Shown in pieces: positions 33,811-49,833 of a stretch of DNA of 64,000 nt; within the stretch, counting starts at the first letter, position 1; each line of letters opens with the position of its first letter. Source of the DNA: the human T2T-CHM13v2.0 reference genome, Homo sapiens; the NCBI RefSeq assembly GCF_009914755.1, contig NC_060948.1; one strand, 5' to 3'. Position numbers and translations under genes: made by a program. The notes beneath the pieces were generated by a model. It searched no databases. It saw nothing but the letters and a program-made list of their open reading frames with translations, and was not told the DNA's origin.

Positions 33811-34559
33811 CTGTTAGACAGAGAAGGTAGAGCTGAGGGATGTTCAGGTGTCCGAGCGTGGGGTTTCCTGCAGGTGTTGGTCTGTCCAGCTCGTTGGGAA
33901 TGGCAACAAGTCGTGTGAACGTGTCACTGCCAAGAGAGCTCCAAAGAGTGACCAGCAGGGGAGAGTCAAGGGTGGCCCCACCAAAGCTTCCTCTTCCCCG
34001 TGGGAAAACTCATGCCAACACTGAGCTCTAGCTATCAAAAACACTTGCCGTCACGGGACTAACATTTACCCTGGGGACTCCAAATTCACGCAGGCGCACC
34101 CGCTTCCTGCCGAGAAACTGATATGAGATCAGCCACCCCGACGCCGGATTAGGAGGACCTTCCAGCAGATGGTCTCAATCTTAAATGTTCTCAGTTTCTC
34201 CTTTCAAAAATAACTAGTAATTTTTAATTTATTCCTGATCGTTATTGTAATAAATTCTAAGACAGTGCTTTTATTTATTGCAAGTAAACACGGCAGAAAA
34301 GGTGACTGGATGCAATCTGGTTGTCTGAAGGATGCAGATCCAGCTTTGCAAAACAGCTGGGACAAGTCCTTTACGTCTTCTAAAATAATATTGCAGAACT
34401 AAACAGACCAGAAATCTCACATGCTTGAAAATAAAGCCTCAAACATCACACTCTTCAGCCCAATGTTGCATGCATCTCTATCTCCTATTGTCTGTACTTG
34501 TATTTCTATATGAAAGATTCTTGGCAGACATTCACCTCCAATTATAGAGAAAATTTTAT

Positions 34560-36165
<1,606 letters not shown>

Positions 36166-36333
36166 AGTCTAAACAGAAATGACCACAAGTGTTTCAGTGG
36201 ACCCTCCAGGTCTACCTTTTCATTTTGTTTCCATCCAATTCACTAGCCTGGGGAAGAAGACAGATGCCCAGACTGCAAACCCCACTGATACAGCCATGGA
36301 GCCTTCTCCTTCATCCCCTGCACTAGCCTGTAG

Positions 36334-39400
<3,067 letters not shown>

Positions 39401-40255
39401 TAGACTCTCTTTTGAAGTCTCTAAAATGATACAAATGTGGGAAATTATGGAAACTTGGGGGCCAAAGAGAGAGTGGGGATGGGACACAAGGGAGCTTTGG
39501 TTTCCAGGCCAGAAGGCACTGCCCAGAGCTCATGAGCTGCATATTGGTGGCTTGGTTCAGGAAGTCTCTTGGTACCTCACTTTAAGGTCAGTCCTCCCTC
39601 AAAATGCCTTCTTCTGTGAGCTTCCCTCCTCCATTCACACACAGAATCACCAACTGCATTGATTCCTGGGCTTACTGCTGAGGCCTTTCTCCTTGGCTTG
39701 TAGACACCATCTTCTCCGTGTGTCCTCACAGGGTCGTCCCTCTGTGTGTGTCTGTGTCCTCATCTCCTCTTCGTATGAGGTGTCTTAGTCCATTTCAGGC
39801 TGCTATCACAGAATACTATAGACTGGGAGGCTTGTAAACAATAGAGATTGATTCTCCGGAAGTCCTGGAGGCTAGGAGTCTGAGATCAAGGTGTGAGCTG
39901 GTCTGGCCTCCTAAGGCCTCTCTCCTGGGCTTGTAGATGCCGTCTTCTCCCTGTGTCTTCATATAATCTTTCCTCTGTGTGTGTCTATATCCTCATCTCT
40001 TCTTATTAGGATACCAGTCCTATTGGGTCAGGACCCACTCTAGTGACCTTATTTTACCTTAATCTCCTCCTTAAAGACCCTGTCTCCAAAGACAATCATA
40101 TTCTGAGGAAACTGGGAGTTAGGACTTCACGCTCTGAATTTGTGGGGAGACTTAATTTATCTCATAACAGATTGCATCAAATGGAATCCTTGCCTGTCTT
40201 GCTACTTTTAAGACAACATGGAGCCAGACATGGTGGGTCACGCCGGTAATCCTAG

Positions 40256-41683
40256 TGTCAGGCCTCTGACCCCAAGCTAAGCCATCATATACATACAACA
40301 TATATGTATACATGTTACCTGCATGTATACATCCAGATGGCCTAAAGTAACTGAAGAATAACAAAAGAAGTGAAAATGGCCTGTTTGTGCCTTAACTGAT
40401 GGCATTCCACCACAAAAGAAGTGAAAATGGCCAGTCCCTGCCTTAACTGATGACACTACCTTGTAAAATTCCTTCTCCTGGCTCAAAGGCTGAAGGGGTG
40501 GGTTGCCCCTCCACACCTCTGGGTGCTTCTCCTTAGGTGGAATGAGAGACTTGGAAAAGAAAAAGACACAGAGACAAAGTATAGAGAAAGAAATAGGGGG
40601 ACCCAGGGAACCAGTGTTCAGCATATGGAGGATCCCACCAGCCTCTGAGTTCCCTTAGTATTTATTGATCGTTCTTGGGTGTTTCTCAGAGAGGGGGATG
40701 TGGCAGGGTCATAGGATAATAGTGGAGAGAAGGTCAGCAGATAAACACGTGAACAAAGTTCTCTGCATCATAGATAAGGTAAAGAATTAAGTGCTGTGCT
40801 TTAGATATGCATACACATAAACATCTCAATGCCTTACAGAGCAGTATTGTTGCCCGCATGTCCCACCTCCAGCCCTAAGGCGGTTTTCCCCTATCTCAGT
40901 AGATGGAACATACAATCGGGTTTTATACTGAGACATTCCATTGCCCAGGGACGAGAAAGAGACAGATGCCTTCCTCTTGTCTCAACTGCAAAGAGGCATT
41001 CCTTCCTCTTATACTAATCCAATTCAGCAAAGACCCTTTACGGGTGTTGGGCTGCGGGACGGTCAGGTCTTTCCCTTCCCACAAGGCCATATTTCAGACT
41101 ATCACATGGAGAGAAACCTTGGACAATACCTGGCTTTCCTAGGCAGAGGTCCCTGCGGCCTTCCGCAGTGTTTGTGTCCTTGGGTACTTGAGATTAGGGA
41201 GTGGTGAAGACTCTTAACGAGCATGCTGCCTTCAAGCATCTGTTTAACAAAGCACATCTTGCACCGCCCTTAATCCATTTAACGCTGAGTGGACACAGCA
41301 CATGTTTCAGAGAGCACAGGATTGGGGGTAAGGTTATAGATTAACAGCATCTCAAGGCAGAAGAGTTTTTCTTAGTACAGAACAATGTGGAGTCTCCTAT
41401 GTCTACTTCTTTCTACACAGACACAGTAACAATCTGATCTCTCTCTCTTTTCCCCACAAGACTCCCCCACTGAGCACCTTGTGACCCCCGCCCCTGCCAG
41501 AGAACAACCCCCTTTGACTGTAATTTTCCTTTACCTACCCAAATCCTATAAAACGGCCCCACCCCTATCTCCCTTTGCTAACTCTCTTTTCGGACTCAGC
41601 CCACCTGCACCCAGGTGAAATAAACAGCCTTGTTGCTTACACAAAGCCTGTTTGGTGGTCTCTTCACATGGATGTGAGTGAAA
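40256..41683 (+). mobile_element. LTR7 (HERV-H) solo LTR inserted in an Alu (40221-41962)
   Basis: tgtcaggcctctga.cccaagctaagccatcata...gtggtctcttcacatggatgtgagtgaaa; exact 5-bp TSD cctag; Alu TSD aacatgga. Confidence 0.92.
40491..41458 (-). mobile_element. LTR5 (HERV-K HML-2, LTR5A/B-like) solo LTR, 968 bp, inside LTR7
   Basis: Minus strand TGTGGGGAAAAGAGAGAGAGATCAGATTGTTACTGTG...GGGGCAACCCACCCCTTCA. Confidence 0.93.
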
Positions 41684-42629
41684 CCTAGCATTCTGGGAGG
41701 CCAAGAGGGGGTTGGATCATGAAGTCAGGAGTTTGAGACCATCCTGGTCAACATGGTGGAACCCGTCTCAACCGAAAATACAAAAATCAGCTGGGCATGG
41801 TGTCGCATGCCTGTAATTTCAGTTACTTGGGAAGCTGAGGAAGGAAAACCACTTGAACCTAGGAGGTGGAGGTTACAGCGACCTAAGATCATGACATCAT
41901 GCCATTACACTCCAGCCTAGGCAATAGAGTGAGACTCAGTCTGAAAAAAAGAAAAAAAAAAAACATGGATAGGAGCTGTTGTGGTCAGAGAAAAGAATCG
42001 GTAAACAATGCTGACATCTCTCAAAGGGACAAGCACAGACATGAGAAGCAGAGTCAACAGTTGGGCTGAGAAATGCCTCAGGGACTCAGGGAAGCCAAGA
42101 AAAATGTGCTGAATTTCAAAGGACACAGAGAGAATCTTGGGTTCCTCCAGATCAAATTCTAAGGGAAAGAGACCACTGGGCTCCAAGCATGCCCGGAGTC
42201 ATCCTGAGAAAGCTGGTTGGTGTGTGGTGAATACTTATAAATCCCCCAGCCACCTGTCAAGTCACTGGAGGAAGAATAAGAAAGAGAACATGGAAAGGCC
42301 TAGAACATTCCATCTCTGGGGTCTTCCCAATGTTGCCCATAAGCGATTGCCTTCGTTGTCTGAGAGAACGTTCCACCCCGTATTGAAGGGACTTTACACA
42401 TTACTTTCTAGGGCACTTCTTCCTTCTCAACATACACATTTGAGAACCTAGGCTAGCCTAGGCTCATTTGGGATATCCTGGGCAGGAACACTGGTTAAGG
42501 GGAATTTCTGCTCATGTACCACAGTATCTGTAGCTATGTTCCAACCAGCTTCATGTTTCCTCTTCCTTGGGTGCGTAGGTTAAATTTGACCATTTCCTGT
42601 GCCAAATACTCCATGTTCTCATGTCCAAT

Positions 42630-43336
42630 TATGAAAGGAAAATAATTATTTATCTTGGGACCCCAAAATATTAAGCCAAGGGAAAAATCAACCCAGAAAA
42701 AAAATGTCAGTCAGCCCTGCCTCCCATTTTCTTTCTAAATACGATAACTACAAAAAATAATTTTTTTTAAGTTTTTTAAAAGCTACATACTGTCCTCACA
42801 ACTTGAGTAGATTGTTTTGTTTACCCTAAAACAGTTCTGTGGAATTTCACCCTGGCAATGTACACTGATAGCTCATCTTCACGGGTGTGGGACAGAAAGT
42901 CATCCCCTCTGCTCCCCTGAGACACACATGTCTGATTTCTCCCTCTGCCCTATTATTGATGTAAAAATGCAGATTCACTGGGCCAGACTGAGGTATAAGT
43001 AACGATTCCTTTGCCCTGTCTCACATGTAAATTGAGTTATCAGTGAAAGCCCAATCAAGGACTTGGAAGAAGGCAACTAGTTGTCTCTTAACTTCCTATG
43101 ACCTGGAAGCCCCTGCTTCCGGTTGTCCCGCATTTCCAGATCGAACCAATGTACTTCTTATATATATTGATTGATATCTCATGTCTCCCTAAAATGTGTA
43201 AACCAAGCTGTGTCCTGAAGACTTTGAGCACTTGTCATCAGGACCTCCTGCGGCTGTGTCACGGGCATGTCCTTAACCTTGGCAAAATAAACTTTGTAAA
43301 CTGATTGAGACCTGTCTCAGATATTTTGGATTCACA
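42630..43336 (+). mobile_element. MER4-type solo LTR
   Basis: tgaaaggaaaata...cttgggaccccaaa...gtccttaaccttggcaaaataaact...gattcaca. Confidence 0.78.
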
Positions 43337-43609
43337 CGGTATTAATTAATAATTCAGGACTGCCATGTTAAAGGCATCAGCGTGGCTGGATTTAAGCACA
43401 ACATGAAAAACCAAAGTCGGAAAGGAAGCCTCCTCTTTGTCAAGGCAAGCATCAGGAGATTGAGGCTTGAGTCATGGGGGGTCACCTCCCCAGCCTGAGC
43501 CTCTCTTCCCCTACTCCTCCTCCTACTGGGGTTCATGAGTCACTTTGCTGTGGAAGGAGGTGAGTGTTCAGACTCTGAAGATGCCCTTCCTTAAAAGATC
43601 TTGCATTTT

Positions 43610-44506
43610 AAGCTTTCTTTTCTTTTCTTTCTTTTTTTAAGACAAAGTCTCTCTCTGTCCCCCAGACCTGGAGTGCAGTGGTGCCATCTCAGCTTGCTAC
43701 AACCTCTGCCTCCAGGTTCTCAGCCTTCTGAGTTGCTGCAAATACATACCAAGACTAATTTTTGTATTTTTCGTAGAGATGGGGTTTCACCATGTTGGCC
43801 AGGCTGGTCTTGAACTCCTGACCTCAGGTGATCCAACCGCCTTGCTCTACCAAAGTACTGGGATTACAGGCATAAGCCACCATGCCCAGCTGAACTATGC
43901 ATTTTAAGTCCTGATGAATTCTCTGGGAGGGAAGTCCAAGGTAGTCTGTTTAACCAGGCATTTCCCAAGTCTGTTTCAGCAAGAAACACGTTCCCTGTGG
44001 AATTCCCATGACTGCCTTGCAACATAGCCATGACCTATGGGACAATGGTTTTTAAAAGACTAGGAGGAAATAGTAGGAGAAAAAAGTTGGGTGGTATTTG
44101 GGATTTTCATCGTGAAGTGGGGGGATAAAAGAAAGACTAGCTGGCTCAACCAATACAGTTAAGGGTGAGGTGGTGTTTTGGGGTTTTGTTTTGTTTTGGT
44201 TTGTTTTGTTTTGTTTTGTTTTTTGAGACAAGCCTCATTCTGTTGCCCAGGCTGGAGTGCAGTGGAGCAATCTTGGCCCACTGTAACCACCCTTTCCTGA
44301 GTTCAAGCGATTTTCATGTCTTAGCCTCCTAAGTAGCTGGGATTATAGGTATGTGCCACCATGCCCAACTAATTTTTGTATTTTTGGTAGAGACGGGGTT
44401 TTGCCATATTGGCCAGACTGGTCTCGAACTCCTGACTTCAGGTGATCCACCCGCCTTGGCCTCCCAAAGTGCTGGGATTCCAGGCATGAGCCCCTGCACC
44501 TGGCCT
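43610..44506 (-). mobile_element. Two Alus (43610-43891, 44183-44506)
   Basis: Alu consensus motifs. Confidence 0.88.
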
Positions 44507-45110
44507 GAGGTGTTGTTTTTCAAGTGGGTGTCATCTCCCTTGGGTCTTGGTCTCTATTTTTAATGATTCCTTGTAAGAGGAGATAATTTCCATCCATCTG
44601 GATGTGCTGTTTCTGCATCATATGGACATGCTGTTAAGCTGTGAAAGTTTAAAACCAGAACAAGCTACCAGGAAGCTTCCAGAACACCTCTTGACTTAGC
44701 CAGCTTCACGCTGCTCTGCCTGGCAAATATTTAAGTTTTTAAGGTTATTGAACTGCTGGTAACATTAACGGCCAGAATCTTTCTCTTCCTTTCTTCTTTC
44801 CCCTTTCTTTTCTCTCTTTCTCTTTCTGTCTCTCCACCCCAACCCTGCTTCTCTCTTGCTCACTTTCTTTTTTTGACTTGCATATTTTTCAACGATGAAA
44901 GTAATAAATCTGCGGAAAAAAGTGTCTGCCAGATGTTACAAAAAATGGAGAGAAACCAACTCTAAAACACATGAAAATGCACAGCACACTTGGGGTTTCA
45001 TGAATGGTCAAGCCAAAGGTATTTGGAGCACTGAAAACAAGTGAGAAAAAAGACTTGTCTCTCAGCCTGATTAGCTTTCTGTGATGATAACATAAAGTGT
45101 CCTTTGAGTA

Positions 45111-45832
45111 TAAAGCCACCTTTGTGAAAATTATGACTGAGGAAATGATGACAGTGAAAGAGGTCAGACCTAACCAACTCCATCTTGCTTCTAACCTTTT
45201 AAGTTGTCCTTGTTCTTTCCTGGGTGTGGGCCAAACTAGCCTTGGGAAGGAGTTTAGTTCATGGTTTAACTCTGAAACAAAATTGATAATAATCCTTTCC
45301 TTAAAAGAACACTTCCTTGCTTGGGGACCAGTCTGCCTTTGCAAATTAGCTACAAGATTAGAAATTTCAGTTTAGGGGTCATGCAGCCTCTGGCTCCAAG
45401 AGTCTGAACCTCCCCAAGTTTCTCCTGGGGGTAACATCACTATTGTAAAGCCTAAGATCAGAACTTGAGATATTTTGCAGACCCTGCACTGGATGGATTA
45501 GCTAGCAACACCCAGACCTGTATTCTGGCTCTATCAGCTCTGCTATCCACCCAGAAGAGAAGACAGCAAGAAATCCTGACTTCAACCCCCTATGATTCCA
45601 TTTCTAACTTGACCAATCAGCACTCCCCACTTCCCAAGCCCGTACCCACCAAATTATCCTTAAAATCTCTGGTCTCTGAATGCCTGGGGAGACTTATTTG
45701 AGTAATAATAAAACTACAGACTCCCTTGGAGCCAGCTCTGCCTGGATTACTCTTTCTCCATTACAATTCCCCTATCTTGATAAATCAGCTCTGTCTAGGC
45801 AGCCTACAAAGTGAAGAAATTGGGTGGTTACA
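45111..45832 (+). mobile_element. LTR8 solo LTR
   Basis: Highly similar to 24941-25990; exact 4-bp TSD agta. Confidence 0.88.
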
Positions 45833-46057
45833 AGTATGCCATAGTGGTTTCAGATATCAAAGAAAAGGGAAAATATGATTGTTTCTCTCTACTGAACTTT
45901 CTTGCTACCCCCAAGTGAGGAAGGAAACTACATTTCCAGTAAGGTAGCTATTACACACATGTATTTCAAATGCAGCCAGGCTAAACCTGCTAGCAAATAA
46001 AAAGGGAAACATCATCAAACCAGAGTTAGAAAGAGTTTCAACTCCACAGATTCTTAC

Positions 46058-46120
46058 TTCCACCACTGTAGAGATTCTCACACTGTGGGTAGCAAGGTGG
46101 TTTTAGCTTTGGGTAGATAT
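46058..46120 (-). pseudogene. XGY1: XG exon 4-like (63 nt, DIYPKLKPPCYPQCENLYSGG)
   Basis: ccatag|ATATCTACCCAAAGCTAAAACCACC...GGTGGAA|gtaaga; open frame with missense changes versus XG DIYPKPKPPYYPQPENPDSGG. Confidence 0.93.
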
Positions 46121-47199
46121 CTATGGAGAAAACAACATTGCATTGTTATAAAAGAAAATTGTCCTTCCCTTAGGAGCAGCCTGCAGAAACAAGCACATCA
46201 GTGTGTCTATCAACCTTGCAGTTTGTTCTCATTTGCTGCCCATGGTGTGTTTATAGATTACCATTGTCCAGTTAAAAATCACTTTGCAGATAGAATTAAA
46301 ACCTTGAAACCTGAAACTTAAAAAAAAAAAGGTTTCTGTTTTGTTCCTGAAGTTTGTTTCCATGGCAAGAATCCAGTGTAGCTGTCTGCCATGATGGAAG
46401 CAAGTAATACAAAAAAGAAATCTAGGAAGAATTGTCATGGAATAAATTTACCAACAGTTTGATGCCTGTGATGAAAATAACACCAACCTTATATTCCTGG
46501 ACCAAACTAAGGGTTGGGCTGCTATTTCTCATGGCCCTATAATGAGACGCAGATGAACTGGGGAGGAAGAGAGTTTTTATTCTGCAACCAGTTACAGGGA
46601 GAAGGCCTGGAAATTATCACCAGACTGTTAGAAACAAATGCTTGTTCCTTGGTGCCAAAAAAAAAGAACTAGCACTCAGATGAAGAATTTTCTCAGCAAG
46701 GCAATTTTTACTTCTATAGAAGGATGTAACTTGTGGATGGAGCAATGGCAAGAGCACACCAGAACAAGGGAGGGGAAGGGGTTTTGATTCCTGTTGCAGG
46801 TCACCTCTGCTGATGAGTCATTCCTCTATCTGGTATGGCTGGGCCACACAGCCTAAGCTAATTCTGATTGGTTATTTTAAAAAGAGCAGGGGTATGAGTC
46901 AGAGTGGTGTGGTGAGTAGTTTCATGAGAAGGACGGTTACAGAACAGGTGACTCAGGATGAGTCAGGTCAGAGCAGGTGACCAGGGGTGACTCAAGATGG
47001 AGTACAAGACCAGGGGATCAGAGGTAAACTACTGATTAGAACTGACAGGAAAGTTGTTTACTGAAACTAGAGGCAAGGGGGTGAAGAGAACCAGGAAGTT
47101 GAACTTTAAAATGGAAAACAAAGAATAAAATAGCTGAACATATTGACATACTGATTCTTTGAAGAGAAACTTGGAGTTCACTATATTTAACAATCTCCC

Positions 47200-49220
47200 A
47201 TCTTGAATTTTTACAGTTCTTTCTTCAAACTTCCTTAACATGTCTTGATTCAGTTGTTCTACTTGATTCTCTAAAAGAAGCTTCTCTGAATAAGGTGAAG
47301 AGTTGAGGAAGGTTTTAGTAAGTGCTGTCTCTATGAGTCTGTGCACCTGCCCATGATTCATGGTATGGCACAGCACCCTACAAGAATAAGTACAGCTGCT
47401 ATGGCTGCGAGAGAAGTAAGAATTGAGGTTGTGATTCTTTTCCATTTACCAAAACATTTTTCTAGCCACCCTGTGAAAGGGTCATTTGCCCCCAAGTTTT
47501 TGGCTAACTCACTGGACAGAGCACTTAGACCTTGCAATGCCTTTGTTATACTTCCATCAGGAGTGGTGTTGTTTGTGATGAACGTAGTACATTGAGTTTT
47601 AATCATGAAGCAAACTCCTCCGCTTTCTGCTAATATCATGTCTAAGCCTATCCTATTTTCCCAAGCCATCTGGCAAGCAGCCCCTAATTGCTCAGCTATT
47701 CCTTTAACAGCATCTCTAGTGTAGTTAATAAAGTGCTGTTTGTTGTATAAATATAATTTATCTAATCTACATGCTTATTAATTGTCACCCACCAAAATAT
47801 TGACAAAAATCCTGCAGCTATTTGATTGTGGGCTTTAAATTTATCTGGTACTCCTTGTGGGACTCCAATTGCATCTAGATAGATGTGTAGGTTAAAAGAC
47901 CCATAAGGGGCTTCTCTTGCTTTATGATATTGCATTTTTCTTTCCTTTGGCTGATAAAATGCCAGTGTGAAAGGGATAGCCAATTGGATTAGAGCACAAG
48001 TGCTGCTCCAGTTACTCAGCAGAGTGTCCAGTAAAGCTCCACCACAGTGCCACCACACATCTGCTAGGGGATGAACAAGGGCCGACTGATTGATAAGCTC
48101 TTGAAAATTCTTACACTCACAGCATCCCCTCAGGTCTCCAAGGATTACTAAGTTTCCTCCTTGTCGTGAGAGACACGAAGTAACTTAGTGTTGGGAGACA
48201 GAAGCTGGATGGCCCTCAGGGGCTGGCCTGCAGGGTGTCAACCTTTGGGATATAGCAGAGAGAGAGCTTGGCACAACTTGTTACCCCAGACTGTGGAATC
48301 CTGGAAAAGAACTACCATACAGCCCATGCCTGGTCAACTGGAGGACCATCCTAGTCGAAATGTGACAATCTGGGCCTCTGGCCTGCCATGCGCACAAGCG
48401 TAACAATTGCTTTTGTTTAATGTGTGGACAGAATATTTGATCCATTCCAATCAGGCATTTGCATCTTGATATCCTGGCTCTATTGCCAGTTTGTTATAAA
48501 TCATTTACCTTTTACAACATCTACTCTGGTCCTATCATTGGGTATGGAAAGGATGACAGTTTGATCAGAAGAAGTTCTAAACAGAGAAGAGGAGCTAGGG
48601 GGTGAAGAGGGTGAGGGATTAATAAAATGCATTTCAAATGAGTCTATGAGGTCTGTGCCAGCCAAGTTAGCTCCCATGTCATAGAAGCAACATAAAGTGG
48701 CGTCAGGATCAGTAGAGGTAAGAATAGAAAGCTGCATCAGATTGCATTGATATTATTGACAATTAGAGGGAACACTTTATTTGGTGAAATGGAGTAACGG
48801 TTCTAGAGAGGTGCAGCCCTTTGAGGAAGTCCACCCTTGTTCCTCAGTGGTCCATAGGAGGGACAGTGCTATGGAGGTCCATAGGACCTCATTAGTGCTA
48901 TGGACCACTTGTTCCTCAGTGGTCCATAGGAGGGAGCTAGAAACTAGTCCATGTTTTGTTCCTAAAATGTGAGAAACATAAGGGAGTTGGTCTCTATGAA
49001 GCAAGAGTTGCAGAGGTCAGATGTGCCTTTGGAGAGACAGATATTTTTCTGAGGAGGCCAGTTACCTTTGGTTTTGGAGATCCCTGCAAGGTATGGTGAG
49101 CAAGCATCAAATGTGATTGTCTCAGGAAAAGGTGACCTGGTTACATTAATAACAAGGTGCTCAGCAGTAGAGCAAGGAAAGGAGGAGTTATAAAATAAAT
49201 GGAGGGTTAAACTTTGCTTA
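47200..49220 (-). pseudogene. Defective gammaretroviral env (HERV-I-like)
   Basis: ORF fragments 47358-47669 (immunosuppressive domain and TM), 47762-48058 (WWHCGG..., KAR furin region) and 48501-48737; broken by stops and frameshifts. Confidence 0.85.
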
Positions 49221-49833
49221 GCTTTAGTTTGGTAGAGTTTTGTCCTGGGACTATGGCCCATGACTCCAGAGGGGACAGTGCTCTTTTGACTCAGGTGTGA
49301 TGGGTCCAGCCTCTTTCTGCTGTCCAAACTGCAGTTTCAGTAGTTAGGAGCACTAAGTAATGTCCTTCCCAGGCTGGTTTGAGCTTTTTGCCTTCCAGCT
49401 TTTGATGAGGACATGATCCCCAGGTTGATATTGTTGCCTTGCGAACTCCAGGGGTGGCAACTGTGCTAAGAGACCTTTAGTTTTATGGAAGAGAAAATAG
49501 ATGACAGACCAAGTGTATAATTTTTAAGAAACTGATCTTTTGTTTCAAAGGTAGGAATGTCAGCAGTGGCATGTAAATAAGGCAATATGTACTGCCATCT
49601 CATAAGGAGAAAGACCAGTCTCTTTCTGCAGGGAAGTTCAGATTCTCAGCAGGACAATAAGAAGGCATTTGGTCCATGGTAACTGAATCTCCAGAACCAA
49701 TTTGGTTCAGTGGTTTTTTAGAGTTTGGTTCAGTCTTTCCACTCTTCCTGATGAAGGTGGGTGCCAGAGAGTATGATATTCCCATGTCATATCCAGTACC
49801 TGGGCTAATTTTTAATGACATGTGCAGTAAAAT

